From the NCBI GenBank assembly GCA_042577865.1, contig JBHPDN010000001.1, positions 9,192-73,191 on the forward strand: a DNA stretch of 64,000 nucleotides. The letters run 5' to 3'. Of this stretch, positions 18,761 through 27,442 are shown one piece after another. Numbering within the stretch: the stretch's first letter is position 1; each line of letters begins with the position of its first letter. This DNA comes from Nanobdellota archaeon (GTDB lineage Archaea; Nanobdellota; Nanobdellia; Woesearchaeales; JAGLXL01). The notes beneath the pieces are model-generated. The model worked only from the letters and a program-made list of their open reading frames with translations. It was not told the DNA's origin and made no database searches. Both the position numbers and the translations under genes were made by a program.

Positions 18761-18946
18761 ATGTCTATGAAAACATTATTGGGGTTGGATGATCTAAATA
18801 TCACAGATCGAGAAATCATGGCCAGATTCAAACAGGCTTATGACCAAGGTTTGAATGAAGTTGAATTTTTGAATTCAAACGGCTCTAAAGTGATTATCAA
18901 ACTGCCGCTCATGGATCATTCAAAATACTACGACCCTTGGGACTGA
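18761..18946 (+). CDS. Hypothetical small protein
   Basis: 61-aa ORF divergent from the PhoU-like regulator. No motif. Confidence 0.25.
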   Translation: MSMKTLLGLDDLNITDREIMARFKQAYDQGLNEVEFLNSNGSKVIIKLPLMDHSKYYDPWD

Positions 18947-18973
18947 TTAATTTTTTCTTAAGCCCAATAGTTT

Positions 18974-19465
18974 TTAGAATATCTTTTGGAAGACTTTCCT
19001 TTTAACCAACCAAAGAACAAACACCAGCCAGATAATAGCAAAAGCATAACCGGCAATCACATCACTCCAATAATGTGTTCTCAGGTAAACTCTGCTCCAC
19101 CCCACCAGCAGAATAATCGCTGCATTAGTCAGGATAAAAGAATATTTCTTGTATTTATTGGTGATTTGGTCTTTGAAAACAAAAAACAGGATTGAAAAGA
19201 ACAACAAAGACTGGACCGCATGTCCGCTCGGAAAACTGTAGCCGCTTATTTGGATCAAAGGATTTTCTGGTCTGGGTATCTGAAAGATTTCTTTCCACAA
19301 AAAGTTCAGCAAAGACCCAACCATAAAACCAAAGACAACCAAAAGGGCTTGCATCTTTTTCTTTTTGTAAAACAAAAAAAGAATTAAAATAAAAGATAAC
19401 GGCAAAAGAAGCCACAAATCTCCTAAGACAGATATATAGTTTGCCGCTTCAATCAAAAATGTCAT
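18974..19465 (-). CDS. PAP2-family (type 2 phosphatidic acid / lipid phosphate) phosphatase
   Basis: PAP2 motifs: PSGH (FPSGHAVQ) and SRxxxxxHxxxD (SRVYLRTHYWSDV). Multiple TM helices. 163 aa. Confidence 0.75.
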   Translation of the reverse strand: MTFLIEAANYISVLGDLWLLLPLSFILILFLFYKKKKMQALLVVFGFMVGSLLNFLWKEIFQIPRPENPLIQISGYSFPSGHAVQSLLFFSILFFVFKDQITNKYKKYSFILTNAAIILLVGWSRVYLRTHYWSDVIAGYAFAIIWLVFVLWLVKRKVFQKIF

Positions 19466-19556
19466 AATCCAGGAACATTTCCAGGACTTAAATATTTTTC
19501 CAATAATGTTCTTTAGAAAAGAAATTAATTTAAACTAAAAAATAATTTTTTATTAA

Positions 19557-20018
19557 ATGCCACATTTTCAATATTTAGGATTTGCCAATATTCTTTTCGC
19601 TTTAAATGATTCACCTAATTTTGAATTTAAAAGAAGGTGTCCTCGATTTGCAGACGGCAGCCGCATGATTTCAACAGATGGGTGGAAATCCAATCACAAG
19701 ATTGACAGGGCAATCTGGAGAAAGATGGGTCTTGAAGTGTTAGTGTACAAAAAAAATGACATCTATGTTGCCACAATCGGATCAAAAGAAGATTTTTCAT
19801 CTGTCGGAATTGTTCTGGAATCATTGGGTGCTCCATCCCAGTTTCGTTATGGAAGGCATTCAAACATGGATTTTAGATATGATAAGCTATACAATGAAGG
19901 AAAAGTTGAAGAGACTTATGTGCATGTTGATAAGATTGGCAGACCCCCTTGGCTGCTCGAAAAACCAACAAAAATAAAGGAAATCACTGATTTAATCGAA
20001 TATTCGAGGGCTGTTTAG
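19557..20018 (+). CDS. Hypothetical protein
   Basis: 153 aa. No recognisable domain. Confidence 0.3.
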   Translation: MPHFQYLGFANILFALNDSPNFEFKRRCPRFADGSRMISTDGWKSNHKIDRAIWRKMGLEVLVYKKNDIYVATIGSKEDFSSVGIVLESLGAPSQFRYGRHSNMDFRYDKLYNEGKVEETYVHVDKIGRPPWLLEKPTKIKEITDLIEYSRAV

Positions 20019-20022
20019 GACT

Positions 20023-20099
20023 TTTTCTCGTCGATAAACCAACCGCAACCTTTATAAAGCAAGACATCCTTTTCTGATATGGGTTTTCTCGTCGATAAA
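20023..20099 (+). promoter_or_regulatory. Two exact 16-bp direct repeats (TTTTCTCGTCGATAAA) flanking the gyrB TATA box
   Basis: Copies at 20023-20038 and 20084-20099. TATA box CTTTATAAAG lies at 20050-20059 between them. The second copy overlaps the predicted TSS region upstream of the gyrB ATG (20132). Confidence 0.4.
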
Positions 20100-20131
20100 G
20101 ATGTAAAAAACACCATTACTTTACCAAAAAA

Positions 20132-22009
20132 ATGACCTCAGATTACAGCGCAGAGCATATCAGAAAACTAAGTGGCAGACAGGCTGTTAGACAGCGCGCT
20201 CCCATGTATATTGGAGACACATCTATCAGGGGTTTCCATCATTTAGTCTATGAAGCAGTAGATAATTCCATAGACGAAGCTTTAGCCGGTTTCTGCAGCA
20301 AAATTAAGGTCATTATCCATCAAAACGGTTCTGTTTCTGTTATTGATAATGGTAGAGGAATTCCTATTGCTATCCACCCAAAACACGGCATCTCAGCTTT
20401 ACAGCTAGTTTTAACCGAACTTCATGCTGGTGGAAAATTTGATAAAAAAACATACAAAGTCAGTGGTGGCCTCCATGGTGTAGGTATTTCAGTTGTCAAC
20501 TTCCTCTCAGAAAAATTTGAAGTTATTGTCAAAAGAAACGGCAAAAAAGTCAAACAGCTTTATGAAAAAGGAAAACCTGTAACCGAAGTTGAAGAAATTG
20601 GCACTTCAGAAGACAATGGTACTAAAGTTACTTTCAAACCAGATGTTGAAATCTTTGGGGAACTTGAATTTCATTATGATATTCTTGCCAAAAGACTCAG
20701 AGAACTGGCTTTCCTTAATTCAGGAATTGAAATAGAACTGTTAGATGAAAGAGATGATAAAAAACAAACTTTCAAGTACGAAGGCGGCCTCAAATCTTTT
20801 GTTGAATTCCTGAATAAAAACAAAAATCCCATCACCCCCATCATCTACGCCAAAAAAAGTAAAGATGATTACGGACTGGAATTTGGTTTTCAATACAATG
20901 ATGGTTATCAGGAAAACATTTACACTTTTGCCAACAATATTAACACCATTGAAGGCGGAACACACCTGTCTGGTTTCAGAACCGCTCTCACCAGAGTTTT
21001 AAACAATTACGCTAAAAAACACAAGATTGAAGTCAAGTTCTCAGGAGACGATGCCAGAGAAGGACTAACAGCTATTATTTCAATCAAACTGGCCAATCCT
21101 CAGTTTGAAGGTCAGACCAAAACCAAACTAGGTAATTCAGAAGTTCAGGGGATCGTTAGCTCGTTAATTAATGACTCTTTATCAGAATTCCTTGAAGAAA
21201 ATCCTGGTGTAGCTAAAACTATTCTTAACAAATGCGCTGAAGCAGCCAGAGCCAGAGCAGCCGCTCAAAAAGCCAAGGAATTGACCAGAAGAAAATCAGT
21301 CTTAGAAGGCAGCACCTTACCTGGTAAATTAGCTGACTGCTCAAACAAAGATGCTTCCAAATGCGAAGTCTATATTGTAGAAGGAGATTCAGCTGGTGGT
21401 TCTGCCAAACAAGGCAGGAACAGAGATTTCCAGGCCATCTTACCGCTAAGAGGTAAAATCCTCAATGTTGAAAAGGCCAGATTAAACAAAATTTTTGAAA
21501 ATAATGAAATTGTCAATATGGTTACTGCCATTGGCACAGGTATTGGCGATGAATTCAATATTGAAAAAATAAGATATCACAAGATTATTATTATGACAGA
21601 CGCTGATGTTGACGGTGCCCACATTAGAACTTTAATTTTAACTTTCTTTTTCCGTTACATGAAAGCTTTGATTGAAGCCGGCCATCTTTACATTGCTCAG
21701 CCCCCTTTGTACAAAGTTCAAAAAGGAAAAACTTTCAAATATGCTTTTACAGATGAAGAGATGAAAAAACTGACACAGGAATTTGGTGAAGGTTGCCATG
21801 TTTCTCGTTACAAAGGTCTGGGAGAGATGAACCCAAAACAATTATGGGAAACCACTATGAATCCAGACAACAGAATTCTCAAACAAGTCACTATTGAAGA
21901 CGCTATTGAGTCAGATAGAATTTTCACCATTCTTATGGGAGACGAAGTCGAACCGAGAAGAAAATTCATCCTTGACCACGCCAAAGAAGTTGTTAACTTA
22001 GATATTTAA
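20132..22009 (+). CDS. gyrB: DNA gyrase subunit B
   Basis: GHKL ATPase motifs, TOPRIM ([33 protein letters not shown]), conserved C-terminal GyrB tail ([14 protein letters not shown]). 625 aa. No gyrA in the window. Confidence 0.85.
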   Translation: MTSDYSAEHIRKLSGRQAVRQRAPMYIGDTSIRGFHHLVYEAVDNSIDEALAGFCSKIKVIIHQNGSVSVIDNGRGIPIAIHPKHGISALQLVLTELHAGGKFDKKTYKVSGGLHGVGISVVNFLSEKFEVIVKRNGKKVKQLYEKGKPVTEVEEIGTSEDNGTKVTFKPDVEIFGELEFHYDILAKRLRELAFLNSGIEIELLDERDDKKQTFKYEGGLKSFVEFLNKNKNPITPIIYAKKSKDDYGLEFGFQYNDGYQENIYTFANNINTIEGGTHLSGFRTALTRVLNNYAKKHKIEVKFSGDDAREGLTAIISIKLANPQFEGQTKTKLGNSEVQGIVSSLINDSLSEFLEENPGVAKTILNKCAEAARARAAAQKAKELTRRKSVLEGSTLPGKLADCSNKDASKCEVYIVEGDSAGGSAKQGRNRDFQAILPLRGKILNVEKARLNKIFENNEIVNMVTAIGTGIGDEFNIEKIRYHKIIIMTDADVDGAHIRTLILTFFFRYMKALIEAGHLYIAQPPLYKVQKGKTFKYAFTDEEMKKLTQEFGEGCHVSRYKGLGEMNPKQLWETTMNPDNRILKQVTIEDAIESDRIFTILMGDEVEPRRKFILDHAKEVVNLDI

Positions 22010-22010
22010 A

Positions 22011-22244
22011 ATGGATAATTCTCAAGAAGAAATAGGATACAAAAACGCAACCGAAACTCTTGATCAAAAGTTCCTCAATCAGGAAAACGGCATAGAGGAG
22101 GTTAGTTGGAGAGAGGAAAAAGTTAATTTAGAAATAGCATTCAAACAATTGCCTGATGAGTTACAAAAAACTTATCAAAAAGATTACGAGGATTATCTTC
22201 GCGCCATTGATTTTGCTGTGGATCACCCTGACCTTATGTTCTGA
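22011..22244 (+). CDS. Hypothetical small acidic protein
   Basis: 77-aa ORF starting 2 nt after gyrB. No motif. Confidence 0.25.
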   Translation: MDNSQEEIGYKNATETLDQKFLNQENGIEEVSWREEKVNLEIAFKQLPDELQKTYQKDYEDYLRAIDFAVDHPDLMF

Positions 22245-22298
22245 AATTAACCTAAATAAACGTAATCTTTATAAATACCCTATAATTTTTCACACACC

Positions 22299-23102
22299 AT
22301 GGCTAAAGTTAAAGCAAAAGTAACAACTAAGGTTAAGAAGAAATATTGGTTTCCAATAATTGCTCCTAAGCAGTTCCACAATAAAGAGTTAGGAGAAATT
22401 CATTTAATCAATCCAGAAAAGGCCATTAACCGGACTCTTCGTATCAATCTTCAAAATTTAACCGAGAGTATGCGTGACCAGAATGTTTACATTAAATTCA
22501 GAATCACTTCTGCTTCTGGCAATAACTTAAACACAGAGCCAATTGGTTATTTTATGGTTCCTGCTTCTATCAAAAGAATGGTTAGGAGACACTCTGACCG
22601 AATTGATGAAAGTTTTGTCATTGAAACTGCTGACAAAAAGAAAGCCAGATTCAAGTTCATCTTGGTGACTTTGAACAACACCAAGAGATCTGTTAACACC
22701 AGCATCAGAAAGGCTCTTCTTGAAAATATTTCTCAAGAAATTCCTAAGATGACATTTGAAGAAGTTCTTAGCAAACTTATTCCTCACCGTCTTCAAAACG
22801 AGCTTAAGAAAAAACTCAGCAAAGTTTATCCAGTCAAAATAGTTGAAGTTAAACACTTAAGTATTGAAAAAGAAAAACTTGGTTTGAAAGCTAAGAAAGG
22901 CGAAGAAGTTGAAGAAAAGCCAAAGAAAGAAAAAATCATTGATGAAAAGATCAAGACTCCTAAAGAAGCGGTTGAGAAAGTGACTGAGAAAGCTGTTGAA
23001 GAAGTTGTAGAAAAGGTGGAAAAGCTGCCAGAAGAAGAAGCAGAAAAAGCAGCTGAAGAATTAGTTGAAGAAAAACCAGTTAAAGAAGAAAAGAAAGAAT
23101 AA
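22299..23102 (+). CDS. rps3ae: 30S ribosomal protein S3Ae (eS1) with K/E-rich C-terminal extension
   Basis: N-terminal about 200 aa matches S3Ae (KKYWFPIIAPKQF ... RFKFILVTLNNT ... KVYPVKIVEVKHL). Followed by an about 70-aa Lys/Glu-rich tail. Confidence 0.8.
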   Translation: MAKVKAKVTTKVKKKYWFPIIAPKQFHNKELGEIHLINPEKAINRTLRINLQNLTESMRDQNVYIKFRITSASGNNLNTEPIGYFMVPASIKRMVRRHSDRIDESFVIETADKKKARFKFILVTLNNTKRSVNTSIRKALLENISQEIPKMTFEEVLSKLIPHRLQNELKKKLSKVYPVKIVEVKHLSIEKEKLGLKAKKGEEVEEKPKKEKIIDEKIKTPKEAVEKVTEKAVEEVVEKVEKLPEEEAEKAAEELVEEKPVKEEKKE

Positions 23103-23112
23103 TTCTTATTTA

Positions 23113-26100
23113 TTAAACCTTATCAAACCAAAGATCAAACTCTTCTCCTTTTAATTTCTCTTTAGAATGATGTTCATGGTTTCGGGCAGGCCCTAAATTA
23201 GAAATCTTAATTTTAGAGGCGCCGCATTTCAATTTAATGTCTTCTTCAAAGTTTTCTAGCATAGACACCATATCTTCATTGACACCAATAAACAAAACAA
23301 TGGAATCTATCTTCTCTAAACCTGCTTTCTTACGCAGCTGCTGCACCCGTCTCATTAATTCACGGGCATAACCTTCTGCTTCAAGTTCATCAGTCACTTC
23401 CTGGTTCAGATAAACAAAACCGTGCTTGAACTCAGCTTCTTTGTATGGATAAGGAATATCTTTTTCAACCATCAGATGATCTTTAGTAATGCAAACTTCC
23501 TGGCCGTCAATTTCAAATTTATACCCATGGTTATTAACTTTATTCAAAATTGTTTGCGGGCTTTCCATAGCCAGCTTAGCAATTATTTTTGGAGCCAAAG
23601 CACCAAAAGCCGGACCCAGCTTGGCATAATCAGATTTGATTTTCTCAGAAACACCTTCCATTTCATTCTTAACCACGACTGCTTTGACATTAGTCTGATT
23701 TTTAATGATATCTTTCATAGCTGTAACAGCCTCACGGACATTTTCATCTGAAGAAACAACCACTATTTCTTTGCACGGCCATCTCAATCCCCTTCCAACC
23801 TTCTCACGGGCATTCAAAACACCTTGAATAACAGAACCAGCTACATCCATCTGCACTTCCAGTTCAGAATCAATCAAGCTGTCATCTGAAACAGGCCATT
23901 TCCAGTGGTGGATACTTTCTTCTTTCAAATCAAATTCAGATTTCAAATTCAAAAACATGGCTTCAGTAATAAACGGGCAGATTGGTGCAAACATTTTCAA
24001 AGTTTCAAACAAGACACGAGCTACTGTGTAAAGAACAACATTCTTGTCAATTTTAGAACCCACCGCACTCTTTTCTCTGACCATTTGGATATAAGTTCTG
24101 CTCAAATCTAAAAATAACCCTTCAATCGGTGAGATAGTTTCATCCAAACGATATTCATCAAATAAACTAGTTACTTTTTTAATTGTCTGATTCAATCTGG
24201 ACATAATATATTTCTCTTCCAAACTAAATAAATCCTGAGCTAAATCAGGTCCTAATTGAAATGGATTGACAGAATTTTCTTTAGCCAGTGAAATCAATAA
24301 TTTATGAACATTCCAAAGAACATTCAGATGTCTTTCTTTCAAAGCGAGTTCATCCCAACTAAATCTCATTTCCTGGCCGGCATTGACAGAACAGACATAG
24401 TATCTCATTGCATCTGCTCCGTGTTTGTCAATCAGTTCATATGGTGAAATAATATTACCAAGAGACTTACTCATCTTTTGACCGTCTACTCCAAGCAGCA
24501 TTCCATGCATATAGACATTCTTAAAGCAATTTTTGTCAAAACCTAATTGCGAGCAAATTGAAAGCATACTAAACCAAAGACGAACCTGTTCAGTTGCCTC
24601 TAAAATAAAATCAACCGGGAAAAACTTTTCAAAATAATCTTTGCGCTGAGGATAATGCAGACAAGCCCAGGAAGCCACACCAGCATCAATCCAGACATCA
24701 ATAATATCTGGAATTCGTTTCATCTTGCCGTGGCATTTACAGGTCCATTCAACCTCATCAATCCAGGGCCTGTGTAAATTGTCAGGAACCTTAACTCCCT
24801 TATCCTCTAATTCCTTAACAGAACCAATCACTTCAACTTCATCACAGTTAGAACATTTCCAGATTGGTACGGGTGTTCCCCAATATCTTTGACGGGTAAT
24901 TGAATTGTCTTTCAGATGAGATGTCCAGGCTTCAAAAGCCTGTGTTTGAGGCACCCAATGAACTTCCTTGTCAGCTTTGATCATAGCGTCCTTCAAATCT
25001 TCAATCTTAAAGAACCATTGTTTTGTGGTCTTGAATATAACTCCATTATGGCATCGCCAGCAGTGAGGATAATCGTGCTCTACAGGAGTGGAAGCAATCA
25101 AAACACCTGCTTCATCCAAATCTTTGATAAATTTAGCATCATCTTTCTTGGCAATTCGGCGGGCAAAAGGTCCGTCAGCAGGAAACTCTCCCTGTTCGCT
25201 TAGATTGTTGTAAGGAGGAATTTCATTTTCCCGACCCACCTCATAATCCTCAGGTCCGCAGCCAGGAGCCATATGCACCAGACCAGAACCTGCAGAAAAA
25301 TCAACAAATTCTTTTGATAAAACCACTGTATAAATATTTGGATACTCTTCCTTTAATTCCTTTAAACCAGGAGTAGTTTCAAACCAAGGGTGTTCATATT
25401 CAACACCTTTCAAATCAATTCCTTTGAACTCCTCAAGAATCTCCATTTTTTTATCTGCCACTGACTGAACCACTGGTGCCGCCAGAGACTTTCCTAAAAT
25501 CCAAATTTCATCCTCAACCTTAGCCTTAACATAATCTAGTTCAGGATTGACCATAATACCTAAATTAAAAGGAATTGTCCAGGGAGTGGTCGTCCAGATA
25601 ATCAAATATTCATTTTCTTTTCCCTTGACTTTAAATTTCAAAAAAATAGAATCATCAGTTACTTCCTTGTATTCACATTCGTGTTTTGCCAAAGCAGTTT
25701 CACAGTCAGCACACCAAGTCATCACCTTCTCTCCCAAATACAATCTTTTTTTCTTCCAGGCCTGCTTGATCATCCACCATTCTGATTCCATGTATTCATT
25801 TTTCAAAGCCATGTAAGTGTCTGAATAATCCAAAGTAGAACCCATTCGCAGAAAATCCTTGGTCATCTGCTCACCCATTTCCAAAGAAAAAGCAATACAT
25901 TCTTTGATAAACTTGTCAAGACCAAATTTTTCAATGTCTTCTTTGTATTTTAAATTATGTTTGGCCATAACCTTATGGGCAGTCGGCAGGCCGTGAACAT
26001 CATAACCGTTTCTGTCCCAGACATCAAAACCCTGCATTCTTTTGTAACGCAATGACATGTCTTTCAAAACAGTATTCCAGGCCGTTCCCAAATGAACTTT

Positions 26101-26247
26101 GCCGGAAGTATAAGGAGGACCCTGCAAAAAACACCAGCTTGGACCGTTTTTGTTTTTCTTGCGCAGATTCTCAAGAATCTTATTATGATCCCAATGTTTA
26201 ACTAATCCAGGTTCAATCTCAGTATGTTTATAGACAGGATATTTCAT
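23113..26247 (-). CDS. ileS: Isoleucyl-tRNA synthetase (archaeal/eukaryotic type)
   Basis: 1044 aa. HIGH-region (PPYTSGKVHLGTAWN), KMSKS (KMSKSLGN), CP1 editing domain and zinc-binding Cys clusters. Confidence 0.9.
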   Translation of the reverse strand: MKYPVYKHTEIEPGLVKHWDHNKILENLRKKNKNGPSWCFLQGPPYTSGKVHLGTAWNTVLKDMSLRYKRMQGFDVWDRNGYDVHGLPTAHKVMAKHNLKYKEDIEKFGLDKFIKECIAFSLEMGEQMTKDFLRMGSTLDYSDTYMALKNEYMESEWWMIKQAWKKKRLYLGEKVMTWCADCETALAKHECEYKEVTDDSIFLKFKVKGKENEYLIIWTTTPWTIPFNLGIMVNPELDYVKAKVEDEIWILGKSLAAPVVQSVADKKMEILEEFKGIDLKGVEYEHPWFETTPGLKELKEEYPNIYTVVLSKEFVDFSAGSGLVHMAPGCGPEDYEVGRENEIPPYNNLSEQGEFPADGPFARRIAKKDDAKFIKDLDEAGVLIASTPVEHDYPHCWRCHNGVIFKTTKQWFFKIEDLKDAMIKADKEVHWVPQTQAFEAWTSHLKDNSITRQRYWGTPVPIWKCSNCDEVEVIGSVKELEDKGVKVPDNLHRPWIDEVEWTCKCHGKMKRIPDIIDVWIDAGVASWACLHYPQRKDYFEKFFPVDFILEATEQVRLWFSMLSICSQLGFDKNCFKNVYMHGMLLGVDGQKMSKSLGNIISPYELIDKHGADAMRYYVCSVNAGQEMRFSWDELALKERHLNVLWNVHKLLISLAKENSVNPFQLGPDLAQDLFSLEEKYIMSRLNQTIKKVTSLFDEYRLDETISPIEGLFLDLSRTYIQMVREKSAVGSKIDKNVVLYTVARVLFETLKMFAPICPFITEAMFLNLKSEFDLKEESIHHWKWPVSDDSLIDSELEVQMDVAGSVIQGVLNAREKVGRGLRWPCKEIVVVSSDENVREAVTAMKDIIKNQTNVKAVVVKNEMEGVSEKIKSDYAKLGPAFGALAPKIIAKLAMESPQTILNKVNNHGYKFEIDGQEVCITKDHLMVEKDIPYPYKEAEFKHGFVYLNQEVTDELEAEGYARELMRRVQQLRKKAGLEKIDSIVLFIGVNEDMVSMLENFEEDIKLKCGASKIKISNLGPARNHEHHSKEKLKGEEFDLWFDKV

Positions 26248-26293
26248 GTTAGTGTGAGAATAGAGGGTTATTTAAAAAGATTACGTTGAAAAG

Positions 26294-26848
26294 TTAGGCC
26301 TTAACCTTCTTGCTCAATTGAACAAACTTAGAACCAATCTCTTTCAAATAACTCTGCTGTTTTTTGTTCAGTTCAACTAACTCCTTAAGATAAACACCAT
26401 GCTTGCCGTCAACCAAAGCCATATTACTTTCCAAATCCAGTCTTTTTCCCAAACGGTAAATTATTTTTTCATAGAAATCCTTAAACAAATTTAACTGAAA
26501 CTTGATATAACCAACCTCATCAATCACTTTCCTGATATTGATTTGATTGTCATTCAAAAACTTATTTCTTGCTTTCTTGACTTCATCTTCATCCCCTGTT
26601 AAAGTATGAACTTGAAGTTTCATCAAATGATTGGCCAAAGAGATTATCTTTTCATTGACCACCTGGCCGTATTTCAGCTCCTTAATGATTTGACGAAAAG
26701 CCCTCAATTGCTCCTTGTCTTCATCATTCAAAAAATCATAAGTATTGGATCTGATCCAGTATTTGTTGAACAAAGAAATATTCTTGTCAAAACTCCCTAA
26801 ATCCTCAACCTCTCTCTTTAATTTACTCAAATCCATACTAAGAAACAA
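26294..26848 (-). CDS. Hypothetical protein (helical)
   Basis: 184 aa. No recognisable motif. Confidence 0.35.
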   Translation of the reverse strand: MFLSMDLSKLKREVEDLGSFDKNISLFNKYWIRSNTYDFLNDEDKEQLRAFRQIIKELKYGQVVNEKIISLANHLMKLQVHTLTGDEDEVKKARNKFLNDNQINIRKVIDEVGYIKFQLNLFKDFYEKIIYRLGKRLDLESNMALVDGKHGVYLKELVELNKKQQSYLKEIGSKFVQLSKKVKA

Positions 26849-26938
26849 TTCAATTTGGTTTATAAAGATTGCTTTATTTAGAATAAAATATATCTATATT
26901 CAAAAGATTTAAATATCTCTAAGTCTAAAAATACTAAA

Positions 26939-27442
26939 ATGGAAGCTTTAGAATCACGTTTGAACCATGTCGAGTCTTTCAACACAGACGTTGTTGGACT
27001 TTATGAACCTGCTGTAGATGATGCCTACAAAAAAATGCAGAGTGAACTAGAAGATTTTCTTGAAAAACACGGCCGGGTAGAAAAAGTTCAGACTCGAGAA
27101 TGTATTTGGGGAGAAACAAACGAATGGCAGTACAAGGTTTATGATAAAGACGGCCAGTTAATTGCTGAAGTCCATTACAAACAAGGCCAAGAACAGGTTG
27201 TTGTAGCAGAACATCTTAAAGATGAAAGTATGAAAAAAGAACTGGACAATTACTTTGGCAAGGATTTTGATAAAAACCTTAAAAAACATGCTGAAGAATT
27301 CAGAAAAAAACATTATGGTGTTGGTAATCTAATCCCGTTACCGCGAGTTCCAGGAGGCCCAGATGATTATGAGAATTTGATTCCTTTACCTAGAGCTCCA
27401 ACTGATCCAGAAGATTTTGTTCCTTTACCTAAAGCACCTTAG
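26939..27442 (+). CDS. Hypothetical protein with C-terminal short peptide repeats
   Basis: 167 aa. C-terminus carries three tandem (L)IPLP(R/K)xP-D/E-(Y/F) repeats: NLIPLPRVPGGPDDYE / NLIPLPRAPTDPEDF / VPLPKAP. Confidence 0.35.
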   Translation: MEALESRLNHVESFNTDVVGLYEPAVDDAYKKMQSELEDFLEKHGRVEKVQTRECIWGETNEWQYKVYDKDGQLIAEVHYKQGQEQVVVAEHLKDESMKKELDNYFGKDFDKNLKKHAEEFRKKHYGVGNLIPLPRVPGGPDDYENLIPLPRAPTDPEDFVPLPKAP

